A stretch of DNA of 64,000 bases from Spirochaetota bacterium (GTDB taxonomy: Bacteria > Spirochaetota > UBA4802 > UBA5368), in the NCBI GenBank assembly GCA_025457965.1, contig JALOTJ010000006.1, positions 5,162-69,161 of the forward strand, given 5' to 3'. The notes under the pieces are model-generated. The model was not told the DNA's origin. It was given only the letters and a program-made list of their open reading frames with translations, and searched no databases. The translations under genes were made by a program, and so were the position numbers. Positions 50,534 to 59,739 of this stretch are shown here, in pieces (position 1 is the first letter of the stretch; each line of letters starts with the position of its first letter).

Positions 50534-51493
50534 ATGAAGAGGCTTTCGGCAGCACAGGGACTGTTCAGGGATTTCGGGGATGATGTGCTGGCGCGCCTTG
50601 CGCCCTATTTCACCGAGCGGGCGGCGGGCGCGGGTGAAACCATCGTCGCGCAGAACGAGCTGGTGCGCGAGCTTTACGTGGTGGCCGAGGGGCGCGTGGA
50701 GAGCGTGCTCGCGCTTCCCGGCAGCATCGAGCGTCCGCACGGAGACTGCCTGCCGGGCGACTTCTTCGGCGAGGTATCGCTCTTCGGCGACCGCCCGTCT
50801 TCCGACACCTACCGCGCCGCGGAACCATGCCGGCTCCTGGTGCTGGGTGAAAGGGAGATATCAGCGCTAATGGAAGAGCGGCCCGTGGAGGCCGTCGCCC
50901 TTATCGCGCGGCTGCTGGGCCTTACCATACGCAATCTCCGCGCATCGAGCTCGTTCCTCGCCGACGTGGTGCAGTGGGGCGAACGCGCGAGCAGCCGCGT
51001 CATCACCGATGAGCTCACCGGCGTATATAACCGTCCGTTCCTCGAGGATGCGCTCGAGAACTTTTTCGACATCTCGAAAAGCAACCACAAGCCGGTCGCC
51101 TTCCTCATGCTGGACGTGGACAATTTCAGGGGAATCAACGAGGCCATTGGGCGCGAAAAGGCCGACGCCGTCATCGTGCGCGTGGTCGGCATAATCCGCG
51201 GCATCATCTCAAGCCACGGCATCATCGCGCGCTACGGCGGCGACGAGTTCTCCATCCTCCTTCCCGAAGCAGATCTTACCCGCGCGCTTTCGATTGCCGG
51301 TGAGATACGAGTCGGCGTTGAATCGGCCGACTTCTCGGATATCGCGCCCGGACTTCCGCGCGTCACCACGAGCATCGGGGTGAGCGCGTTTCCGGATACG
51401 GCGACGGACCTCGCCGGCTTCCGCGAGAAGGCGGACGCGTCGCTGTACCGCGCCAAGGAGATGGGGCGCAACCGCGTGGAGGCGATTAAATAG
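50534..51493 (+). CDS. Cyclic-nucleotide-binding domain diguanylate cyclase (GGDEF)
   Basis: cNMP-binding pattern (..FFGEVSLFGD..) followed by GVYNR..DNFRGINEAIGREKAD..RYGGDEFSILL. Tandem paralogue of the preceding gene. Confidence 0.85.
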   Translation: MKRLSAAQGLFRDFGDDVLARLAPYFTERAAGAGETIVAQNELVRELYVVAEGRVESVLALPGSIERPHGDCLPGDFFGEVSLFGDRPSSDTYRAAEPCRLLVLGEREISALMEERPVEAVALIARLLGLTIRNLRASSSFLADVVQWGERASSRVITDELTGVYNRPFLEDALENFFDISKSNHKPVAFLMLDVDNFRGINEAIGREKADAVIVRVVGIIRGIISSHGIIARYGGDEFSILLPEADLTRALSIAGEIRVGVESADFSDIAPGLPRVTTSIGVSAFPDTATDLAGFREKADASLYRAKEMGRNRVEAIK

Positions 51494-51714
51494 AATAATC
51501 TGTCCCCGTGGTCTTCGGTGTTCGGTTATATGGCCATCGTACAGTGCGCGCGGGTGTGTCGATCGTTGATTTTGAGGCGGGCCGTCGTGACCGCCCCCTG
51601 AAGTCAGAGTTAAATTTTAATAAATTATAAGGATAAAATAATTATTAATATAAATAATGCCTGTTAACCTCCTATATTATTATCATCTGAAAATAATTAT
51701 AAAGGAGTACCTCG

Positions 51715-52086
51715 ATGGGGAAATATGTTAACAGTAATTTAACAGCAGGAGAGCATATCGTCTATGAGGCTACATACCACTGGATAATATTTCTATCTTT
51801 GAAAGCCGTCCTGACTTTATTCATTTCGCCGTTAATTACCTTCCATACAAGTGAATTCGCAATCACAAATAAACGAATAATAATGAAGGTCGGTTTAATT
51901 CGCAGAAGGACCATGGAATTGAATATTCCCAAAGTTGAATCAGTCGGTGTTGACCAGAGCATACCGGGTCGTATTCTCGGGTATGGTTCGATTTCTGTTG
52001 TCGGGACGGGCGGTACAAAAGAGACATTTGATAAAATTTCAAAACCGTTGGAATTCAGAAAAGCGTTCCAGCAGTTCCAATCCTGA
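51715..52086 (+). CDS. Bacterial PH-domain (bPH_2/YdbS-YdbT-like) membrane protein
   Basis: 123 aa. ..GEHIVYEATYHWIIFL.. TM segment, then ..FAITNKRIIMKVGLIRRRTMELNIPKVESVGVDQSIPGRILGYGSI... AAAGGAG SD 8 nt upstream. The gene and its flanks are strongly AT-rich. Confidence 0.7.
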   Translation: MGKYVNSNLTAGEHIVYEATYHWIIFLSLKAVLTLFISPLITFHTSEFAITNKRIIMKVGLIRRRTMELNIPKVESVGVDQSIPGRILGYGSISVVGTGGTKETFDKISKPLEFRKAFQQFQS

Positions 52087-52266
52087 AATGATTCTTTTCT
52101 ATAATAATCAACGATGCCGGGCACATCGAAATAAGCATGCACGAAATAAACTGCCATAAAAATCCGGGACCTCCCCCGCCCGCGGCGAAGGAAGTCCCGA
52201 TTGCGCGAGGCAATAAGACAGTTATAATGAAACCGCGTACTCAGGCACGGCAAAAAGCCGCTTTTC

Positions 52267-52920
52267 TCAGTACGTCCATCCCATGATTCCCAGGCCGATT
52301 ATGTTCATGATGACCGCCACGGCATAGATGCATGTTATGAAGATGACCCGCTTCTTCATGGTCTTGAGCCACAGCATGATGTTGATGGCCGCGAAGAAGT
52401 GGAAATAGCCGATAAGCACGATCAGCCAGATGCCGGCGAAGGTGCGGTTCCAGCAGGGATACTCCCACACCAGGTGGCCGCCCTTGTTGAGCATGCACTC
52501 CACGAAGACGCAGAAGGCGGTGAAGCCGATCGCCCAGAACCACTGCTCGGGAAGTCCCAGGATTTTCAGCTTGCGCTCCTTCGTAAGCGAATGATAGAAG
52601 ATGATGCCCGCCAGGGAAAACATAAACATGATCTCGATGTTCCATCCCACCATGGTGCGAAGCGCCGTGTCGCCAGGCGTGGTCCAGAAAGCGGAACGCT
52701 GGGATATGGCCATGATCCACCCGTTCCAGGACTCGTTGATGAAATCCATGCCGAACAGGGTGAGTCCCGCGAATACCGCCTCCCAGTTGCCGCCTTCCCT
52801 GGCTTTTTTGATCTCGGTGGCGTAGATGTACATCACGATCGCCAGGAGCGGGATGACGTACCATTTGATCATCGACAGGTCGCGCAGGCCGCTGAGCGCT
52901 TGAACTGTTGCTTCGGTCAT
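52267..52920 (-). CDS. Polytopic membrane protein of unknown function
   Basis: Start at ATG 52920 with GGAGG 5 nt upstream. About 6 TM helices. No family recognised. Lies downstream of the second TetR paralogue on the same strand. Confidence 0.55.
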   Translation of the reverse strand: MTEATVQALSGLRDLSMIKWYVIPLLAIVMYIYATEIKKAREGGNWEAVFAGLTLFGMDFINESWNGWIMAISQRSAFWTTPGDTALRTMVGWNIEIMFMFSLAGIIFYHSLTKERKLKILGLPEQWFWAIGFTAFCVFVECMLNKGGHLVWEYPCWNRTFAGIWLIVLIGYFHFFAAINIMLWLKTMKKRVIFITCIYAVAVIMNIIGLGIMGWTY

Positions 52921-53123
52921 ATGTACCTCCGTTTTTATCAGAGATGCCGCGAAATCCGGTGTTGCGGTCGCTCTCACCGGTTGCGCCGCACGTCTGTTGT
53001 ACGGCCCGTTGCGGGAACATAGACGTCATGTCGCTATACCGGCACGACGGCCCCGCTCCGGGCCCGTTATGCGCATCATGAGGCAGTGCCTCGTACGGGA
53101 CTGCCGAAGCTTCGCGCCACGGA

Positions 53124-53702
53124 TCAGCGGCGCAGTCCGCGCAGAATCATTTCCAGGCCCTCCCGGAACATCTCGGCGACGTTTTCCCCTTCGGGTTTGA
53201 CATAGGCCCTGATAAGGAACATGATGTACACCGAGAAGAGAAACTCCGTTGCGCGGTCCACGTTCATTTTGTGGAACGATTTCTCCCGCACGCCCTGCTG
53301 CAAAATATCCTTCATCAACAGCATCGCGCCCGCGTTAATATCGTAGAACCTGTCTTCGCCCGGGGTGAGCGTGAAAATGTCGGGGTCGCGCGAAAGGACG
53401 GAGAGAATATCGTCGCGGCCGCGCAGGTATTCGAACGAGCGCTCGGCCATCACCCTGAATTTCTCCGGTGCCCCCGTTTCTGCCGCCACCGCTTCCGCAA
53501 CCGAATCCCTCCACCGCCCCAGGGCGCTCTGCACGGTCTTCTCGTAAAGATCCTTTTTGTTTTTTACGTAGAAGTATATATTGCCGGGCGTCATGCCCAG
53601 CTCGTTCGCTACGTCCTCTATCGTTGTTTTTTTATACCCGTACTCCGCGAAGAGCTTCAGCGCGGCGTCGAAGATCCGGTTTTCTTTGATCGTTCTGCTC
53701 AT
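53124..53702 (-). CDS. TetR/AcrR-family transcriptional regulator (paralogue of 23075..23668)
   Basis: Start at ATG 53702 (MSRTIKENRIFDAALKLFAEYGYKKTTIEDVANELGMTPGNIYFY). Alignable end to end with the first TetR. The ORF-track extension to 53852 covers the promoter. Confidence 0.85.
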   Translation of the reverse strand: MSRTIKENRIFDAALKLFAEYGYKKTTIEDVANELGMTPGNIYFYVKNKKDLYEKTVQSALGRWRDSVAEAVAAETGAPEKFRVMAERSFEYLRGRDDILSVLSRDPDIFTLTPGEDRFYDINAGAMLLMKDILQQGVREKSFHKMNVDRATEFLFSVYIMFLIRAYVKPEGENVAEMFREGLEMILRGLRR

Positions 53703-53809
53703 GATAGTTGGTGCAAAACCGGGCGCTGAAACGGTTTCCTCCGCCGGCGGCGGGAGCCCGCCGAACCCGGGATGTGCAACAGCTCTATTGTGCTTAGGAG
53801 TAGACTCTA

Positions 53810-53852
53810 TTAAATAATTGAATATATTATTTAAATATTTAATTTTTGTCAA
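53810..53852 (-). promoter_or_regulatory. Consensus promoter and AT-rich palindromic operator of the second TetR unit
   Basis: On the minus strand: TTGACA (53847-53852), 17 nt, TAATAT (53824-53829). The perfect inverted repeat TTAAATAAT-N7-ATTATTTAA (53810-53818 / 53826-53834) overlaps the -10. Confidence 0.55.
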
Positions 53853-53951
53853 GCGCTTTTCAAAGGGTCGGACATAATTTCAATGCGCGGTGGGGAAAGG
53901 ATCAGGAATAACCGGTGAAGTGGGTATGTGGATGTGACGCGGCGAAAGACC

Positions 53952-53972
53952 GGGGCGGCAGGATGCCGCCCC
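53952..53972 (-). terminator. GC-rich hairpin downstream of the 53982..54515 gene
   Basis: GGGGCGGCA-GGA-TGCCGCCCC (9-bp stem). On the minus strand it is followed by GGTCTTTCG, and it lies 10 nt after the stop. Confidence 0.5.
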
Positions 53973-53981
53973 GTTGACCGA

Positions 53982-54515
53982 TCAATCCCTTTTAACGCGC
54001 TTGCGGGCACCCGGCGAGTCCTTCACTTCTTCGGCGGGATAGGTGATAACGATTGTGCCCACCGCGTGCGAGCCCTTGCCCAGGTTTGAAAGCAGAACCA
54101 CATACTCGCCGCCGGTCCGGGTAAGCTCGCCAGCGTCGACGGCGTAATTGATGGATGACTTCGTTTTAAACCGGTCTTTTTTCTTGATGTATCTGTCAGG
54201 TATTTTGTTGGTTTTCTCATCCTGAATGCCTTTGGCCTCGACGATCCATACCTTGAAGGGTGAGCCTTCACCACCCTTTATTTTGCCGCCTCCCACCTCA
54301 ACGTTCACCGTAATGAGGCCCGGCTCGTCGAGCTTGATCGGAAACTGGACGGAATACGGATCGCTTTCGCCTCCCGGCGCCTGGTACAGGGTATACTTGT
54401 GGGTTTCGGTCTTCTTCAGACGCTCCTGGCCGGCGGCGGTCACGCCGGTCTCGGTCATAAAGATAAACAGTACGTATGCCAGGGAAATACACAATGCGGT
54501 AAGAAACTTTTTCAC
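53982..54515 (-). CDS. Hypothetical secreted protein
   Basis: 177 aa. N-terminal hydrophobic signal MKKFLTALCISLAYVLFIF. Beta-rich, Lys/Gly-rich body. No family recognised. Confidence 0.5.
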   Translation of the reverse strand: MKKFLTALCISLAYVLFIFMTETGVTAAGQERLKKTETHKYTLYQAPGGESDPYSVQFPIKLDEPGLITVNVEVGGGKIKGGEGSPFKVWIVEAKGIQDEKTNKIPDRYIKKKDRFKTKSSINYAVDAGELTRTGGEYVVLLSNLGKGSHAVGTIVITYPAEEVKDSPGARKRVKRD

Positions 54516-54607
54516 GTAGTGCCTCCAAAATGTGGTGTATTACATGCTATATACAGTAACATTCGATTTCGCGCAAGTCCGGGTAACAATTTTTTAACGA
54601 TATCGGG

Positions 54608-55456
54608 TTACGACGGCCATGCGTCAACCGGCCCGCCGTCGAGGATGCTTCGCGCCGCGTTCACCTTGGCGTAATGTCCGCCGGTGATGTAATACATGGC
54701 ACCCTCGCGCCCGAGGAGCCTGCGCGCGATCGCCCGCGGCGAAAGCCCCTTCTCCCGCAGTGAAAGCGCCTCGTCGCGCAGGCGCGTCATGAATGCCACC
54801 TTGTCGCGCAGGGCCTTCGTGCCGTCACGCACCGCGCCGAGCAGGCCGCAGAAGATCGTCTCAACTTCGAGTTCGGCCAGGCGCGAGAGCGAGGAGAGGA
54901 GGAGGGTGTAATCCTCGTCGCGCCTGAAATACTTGATCTTCCTGCCGCAGAAGAGGTCGCCGGTGAAGAGCCATTTTTTGTCGGGCTCGTAGAGGCTGAT
55001 ATGGTCGAAGCTGTGCCCCGGGGTATAAAGCACGTCGAAGCAGTGATGCGCGGTGCGAACGGTGTCTCCCACGGGCAGCGCTACCGAGCCGTCGGGGCGC
55101 TTCCAGACCACGAGCTGGTAGGGTTCGAGGGGCATTTCCCCCGGTGCGGCGATCCAGGGAATGGCGCGCTCGTGGGCGTAGATTGCCGGAGCGCGGGTCG
55201 CGGCCAGGGCCGCGTTGTTGCCGGCGTGGTCTTCGTGGTGGTGCGTGTTGACGATCGTCCGCACCGTCCGCCCCCGCATGGCGTCCATGAATTCGCGACG
55301 CGCGGCGATGGTGCCGGTGTCGACGAGGAGATCGTCGACGAGGAAGGCGTGCACCCAGTAGGGGACAAGCGGCCCCAGGCTCCTGCCCATCTTGAACAGC
55401 GTGACGTCGTTATGCGTGGATGTGATCAGCATGCGGCCTCCGTCGGTGTTCAGCAT
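54608..55456 (-). CDS. Metallo-beta-lactamase-fold hydrolase
   Basis: HxHxDH motif NTHHHEDHAGN, plus later His/Asp ligands (..YTPGHSFDH.., ..FTGDLF..). Confidence 0.8.
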   Translation of the reverse strand: MLNTDGGRMLITSTHNDVTLFKMGRSLGPLVPYWVHAFLVDDLLVDTGTIAARREFMDAMRGRTVRTIVNTHHHEDHAGNNAALAATRAPAIYAHERAIPWIAAPGEMPLEPYQLVVWKRPDGSVALPVGDTVRTAHHCFDVLYTPGHSFDHISLYEPDKKWLFTGDLFCGRKIKYFRRDEDYTLLLSSLSRLAELEVETIFCGLLGAVRDGTKALRDKVAFMTRLRDEALSLREKGLSPRAIARRLLGREGAMYYITGGHYAKVNAARSILDGGPVDAWPS

Positions 55457-55819
55457 GGTCTCTGCCGCGATGAAACATGATCGGCGGCTCCCGATCGTTA
55501 CCGGAAGCCCCGTCCGCGCCGATTCGTACGTCGAATCGTTTGTTTTTCATGCGCCACCCCGGTGTACGGCCTGGATCGCCCTTCGGCCGTGGAAAGCCCG
55601 TCAGCCCCGGACCCGCGGCAAGTCTACCGCCATTACGCCGGCGATCAACCAGAAAACGCGGTTATCCAGGCAATCTCCGGCCCCGCTGACAGGGGCCATC
55701 GTTCCCAGTGCATCAAGTCATCCGCCCGCGTATGCACGGGAGGTAAAATCTTCCTTGAACGTTTTTCCCGCGCATGCTATACATCCACATGCAGTATACC
55801 CATGAATCAGGAGCGGCCC

Positions 55820-58228
55820 ATGAATCCCAGACTCGGTAAGTGGTTTAAAATCTCCGCGATCGCGATTGTCGCGCTTGTCGTTATCGCATTCGTTTCTTTC
55901 CAGGTATTTTTCAGGCTCGCCATCCCCTCGTACAGCGGCACCATCGACGTGCCGGGGCTGAAACAGCCGGTCGAGGTCCGCACCGACGATCACGGTATCC
56001 CGCACATCCTGGCCAAAAACGACGAGGACCTGTTCTTCGCGCAGGGCTACATCACGGCCCGCGAGCGGATGTTCCAGATGGACCTCACGCGCCTGGCCGG
56101 CAGGGGCGAGCTGTCCACGCTCTTCGGCGAGAAGACGCTCGAGACCGACCGGTATTTCAAGACGCTCGGCTTTTATCGCGCGGCGCTCGACGAGTATAAA
56201 AACCTTTCGGCGCCGACACGCCTCGCGGTCGACGCGTACACCCGCGGGGTGAACGCGTATCTCTCGACGACGAAGCGCCTCCCGCGCGAATACTTCATCC
56301 TGGGAGGAAAGCCGGCGGAATGGAAGGCCGCGGACTGCCTGGTCGGGGCGCTCCTCATGTCATACCGCCTCAGCGCGCCACGCTCGACCAAGGCGATACT
56401 GCAGCGCATTTACGACCACGCCGGCGCGGCGACGCTGAACAGGCTGCTGCCGTGGGTGCCCGCCGACGCGCCGGTGATCTCCGGCGAGCCGCCGCGCGCA
56501 CCGTCGGCCGTTACCGTTCGTGACCCGGGGACTCGAAACGCGCGTCGCGATGAGACCGCCGCTGCTGAGCCCTTCTGTCCGGTCCTCATGCGCCAGCGCG
56601 CGAGCAACTGGATGATCTTCTCCGGCTCCCGCACCGCCACGGGCAAGGCCGTCTTTACGGGAAGCCCGGACCTCGAGGCCGTCATCCCCTCGCTCTTTTA
56701 CCTGGTGCACCTGAAGGGCGGCTCGTATGACGTCATCGGCGGTTCGATCGCGGGTCTGCCGGGCGTGCACGCGGTCGGCTTTAATGGAAGGATAGCGTGG
56801 AGCATCACCGTGGGGAACGGCGACAACGTCGACTTCTTCGTGGAGAAGGTCGACCCGGCGAACCCGAACCGGTACCTCACGGAAAACGGATACAGGAATT
56901 TCACGGTCATCGAAGATCCGATAAAGGTTAAAGTTAAGGGCGGTTTCCGCGAGGAGAAGCTCACCGTGCGCGTGTCGCGCCATGGCCCCGTGATAAGCGC
57001 GGTGATGAAGGCCTTCCCGGCGAACTGCACCATGCTGTGGCCCGGGCTCATGGGACGTGATGGATCCATGGACGGCCTGCTCACGCTTAACCGGGCGCGT
57101 ACCTTCGCCGAGTTCCGCCTGGCGCTCGGCATGGTGCGCGGGGCGAGCGTCCATTTAGGTTACGCCGACGTCGACGGCAATATCGGCTACCAGTACGTGT
57201 CGACCCTGCCGTTGCGCAAAGGCGGCGAGAACCCGGTGGCCATGCCGGGCGAGAAGGGCGCCCACGACTGGACGGGATTTCTCCCTTACGAGCGGCACCC
57301 GTACGAATACAATCCGAAAAAGGGGTACGTCGCCTCATTTAACCAGATGCCGGAGACCGCGCCCTTCTACGGCACGGCCTTCTTCCTCTTCGAGCGCGGT
57401 TACCGCTTCGAGGAGATGGCGCGCGCAAAGGAGCGCTTCACGGTCGACGAGATCCGCGCCATGCAGAACGACACCGGCTCGCACCTGGCGAAGCGCTTCG
57501 TGCCGTATATCGCCGCCGCCTGCGCGAAGGACGCATCCCTCGCGCCCTACGCGAAGAGGCTCGAGGCATGGGACCGTTTCGTGAGCGCGGAGAGCGTCGA
57601 GGCGACCATCTTCAACGCGTTCGTGACGAAGCTCATCGGCAACACCTTCACCGACGAGCTCGGCGCGAAGATCGTCGACGAGTTTTTCAAGGACCTGTAT
57701 GTCTCCATTCCCGTGCAGTGGCTCATCCGCTACCTTGACGAGCCGGGCGGCGGCTTCTGGGACGATGTGACGACAAAGGACGTGCGCGAGACGCGCGACG
57801 ACATGTTCGCTAAAAGCATGCGGGACGCCCTCGCGCAGATCGGCGAGAAGTTCGGCGGGAACGAGAAGAAATGGGCATGGGGACGCGTCCATAAAATGCC
57901 GATAAAGCATCCGCTGGGCGCGGTCCTGCCGTTTCTCAACCTGGGGCCCTACGACTACGCGGGTGATGATTTCACGATCCACGCCGGATGGTGGGACCGC
58001 TACAATCCGTTCACGATGAAGAGCGGCGCGGCCATCCGCATCGTGGTGGATATGGGAGACCTCTCGACCATGACACTGATGAGCCCGCCCGGGCAGTCGG
58101 GCCATTACATGAGCCCGCACTACAGCGACCTCGCGGAGACCTGGTCGAAAGGGGGCCAGGTGAGCGCTCATTACACGGCGCCGGAGAAGCTCGGAAACGT
58201 CCTTTCGCTCGCGCCGGCGAAGCCTTAG
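55820..58228 (+). CDS. Penicillin acylase-family Ntn hydrolase (possible acyl-homoserine-lactone acylase)
   Basis: Start at ATG 55820 (AGGAG 6 nt upstream). N-terminal anchor, then ..DDHGIPHILAKNDEDLFFAQGYITARERMFQMDL... Beta-chain N-terminal nucleophile context RASNWMIFSG. Confidence 0.85.
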   Translation: MNPRLGKWFKISAIAIVALVVIAFVSFQVFFRLAIPSYSGTIDVPGLKQPVEVRTDDHGIPHILAKNDEDLFFAQGYITARERMFQMDLTRLAGRGELSTLFGEKTLETDRYFKTLGFYRAALDEYKNLSAPTRLAVDAYTRGVNAYLSTTKRLPREYFILGGKPAEWKAADCLVGALLMSYRLSAPRSTKAILQRIYDHAGAATLNRLLPWVPADAPVISGEPPRAPSAVTVRDPGTRNARRDETAAAEPFCPVLMRQRASNWMIFSGSRTATGKAVFTGSPDLEAVIPSLFYLVHLKGGSYDVIGGSIAGLPGVHAVGFNGRIAWSITVGNGDNVDFFVEKVDPANPNRYLTENGYRNFTVIEDPIKVKVKGGFREEKLTVRVSRHGPVISAVMKAFPANCTMLWPGLMGRDGSMDGLLTLNRARTFAEFRLALGMVRGASVHLGYADVDGNIGYQYVSTLPLRKGGENPVAMPGEKGAHDWTGFLPYERHPYEYNPKKGYVASFNQMPETAPFYGTAFFLFERGYRFEEMARAKERFTVDEIRAMQNDTGSHLAKRFVPYIAAACAKDASLAPYAKRLEAWDRFVSAESVEATIFNAFVTKLIGNTFTDELGAKIVDEFFKDLYVSIPVQWLIRYLDEPGGGFWDDVTTKDVRETRDDMFAKSMRDALAQIGEKFGGNEKKWAWGRVHKMPIKHPLGAVLPFLNLGPYDYAGDDFTIHAGWWDRYNPFTMKSGAAIRIVVDMGDLSTMTLMSPPGQSGHYMSPHYSDLAETWSKGGQVSAHYTAPEKLGNVLSLAPAKP

Positions 58229-58372
58229 GGCCCGGGGCGCTGTTCGGTCACTCCCGGCACGGGGAAGTGCCGGGAAAGCCGGCAGATGGGTCGGTCAATT
58301 CATCCATGAATTTTACCAGCCGCGGTGTACATTACGCTTCAGAAGCGGAACGGGAACTCAGGAGTAAAGACA

Positions 58373-58402
58373 CGGGCGGCCTTCCGGAGTAAGGGCCGCC
58401 CG
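58373..58402 (-). terminator. GC-rich hairpin downstream of the DUF805 gene
   Basis: CGGGCGGCC (58373-58381) pairs with GGCCGCCCG (58394-58402) across a 12-nt loop. The tail on the minus strand is only partly T-rich. Confidence 0.4.
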
Positions 58403-58429
58403 ATCTCGGGGTTATCGCCGTGTTTGTAT

Positions 58430-58774
58430 TCAGCCCTTCGGATTGGGTCCATACTTGTTTTCGCCGGGTTGGCTGTCGCTTACCAGGAAGACCAGCAGGA
58501 CGATGAAACCGACAATGGGTACAAGGCTTATGAAGAGCCACCATCCGCTGCGGTCAGTGTCATGCAGCCTGCGTATTGAAACACCAAGGCCGGGCAGCAG
58601 CATGCCGAGCGCGTACACTATCGAGAGGATCCCCACCGTTCCGACAAGACCATCGATAAAGCCGATTACGAAGCTTATGATGATGTTGAAAAGAAAAAAC
58701 ATCCAGTATTCCTTCCTTCGCGCTCTTCCGGTGAATACCGCGTACTTCTTCAATACGTCGAGATAATAATTCAT
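58430..58774 (-). CDS. DUF805 (YhaH-like) inner membrane protein
   Basis: Start at ATG 58774 (GGAGG upstream). GRARRKEYWMFFLFN and IRRLHDTDRSGWWLFISLVPIVG are the family hallmarks. Confidence 0.75.
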   Translation of the reverse strand: MNYYLDVLKKYAVFTGRARRKEYWMFFLFNIIISFVIGFIDGLVGTVGILSIVYALGMLLPGLGVSIRRLHDTDRSGWWLFISLVPIVGFIVLLVFLVSDSQPGENKYGPNPKG

Positions 58775-59007
58775 AAAGACCTCCGCCTGGAATAGTTGTG
58801 TAGTATGAACGGGGCGTGAGATGTATGGCAAGCCGTTATCGACACGCTCCGCCCAGCCGTGGAAGGCAATCACATGATGATTATCCGACGCCGGCTTGCA
58901 AAAGGCAACTTGAATTCCGGATGCCGGTGCGCGCCTCCGGAAGAAAAAGCGTTTGCCTTTCCGATCGGCCGGTTATGAATGGAGATGTGGAATATCGGCG
59001 GGATAAC

Positions 59008-59739
59008 ATGAAACGCACTCTGTCACTCCTGCTTGACGCGCTCGAAGAGTTCTACATGATACCGATCGTCGCGCTGGGCATCGCGGCGATCGGCTGGTTC
59101 ATCATCCCGGACTTTTTCCGCGTTACGCTGGCCCGCGGACCGGCCGCCGCGACAGTGCTCCAGGTGATCGAACGCCGCTCGCCGAAGTTCGTCGTGGTGA
59201 AGGGGCGATTCGATTATACGGGCATTCGATACCGGTGCAGGAAAAACGAGGGCCCGGGGCGGTGTCTGCCCGAGGCCTATCTCTACCCCTTCTTCGACGC
59301 GTCCACCGGCAAAAGCGTTTACGTGGAATCCCCGCTCGACCCAGAGTTCTTTATCCCCATGCATCCTGGCGAAACGAGCGTCACCGCCGTTACGAAAAAC
59401 GTTTCGAAAAACGACCGGCGGTATCACCTATTTATTGATATCACCGAAACCTCGGAACGGTCGGAGAGGCTGTTGAAAGCCTACCGGAAGATCGATATGA
59501 ACGATCCCTCGATGAAAGACCTGATCTCACTGCTTTCCGCAAGCGGGAAGGCGCCGTTTAAGGTAAATGATGGGACGTATCTCGACGTCGACTATTGCAT
59601 CTATCGGGGTTTTTCCGGCTACTTCATCGGGGGTTTCGCGATCGTCATCGTTCTCGCGGGATTCACGCTCATCGCCTTCGGTACGGCCGCGGGGATCGAA
59701 AACCTCAGGCGGAAATACCGCATACCCCCGGACGACTAG
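59008..59739 (+). CDS. Hypothetical membrane protein (TM at each end)
   Basis: 243 aa from ATG 59008. TM near the N-terminus (MIPIVALGIAAIGWFII) and the C-terminus (YFIGGFAIVIVLAGFTLIAF). No family recognised; start uncertain. Confidence 0.45.
   Translation: MKRTLSLLLDALEEFYMIPIVALGIAAIGWFIIPDFFRVTLARGPAAATVLQVIERRSPKFVVVKGRFDYTGIRYRCRKNEGPGRCLPEAYLYPFFDASTGKSVYVESPLDPEFFIPMHPGETSVTAVTKNVSKNDRRYHLFIDITETSERSERLLKAYRKIDMNDPSMKDLISLLSASGKAPFKVNDGTYLDVDYCIYRGFSGYFIGGFAIVIVLAGFTLIAFGTAAGIENLRRKYRIPPDD

Noticed and set aside
51590-52266. Calling the AT-rich islet a mobile element.
   Set aside because: I could see no transposase, integrase, terminal inverted repeats or target-site duplication. 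It is reported only as a compositional anomaly.
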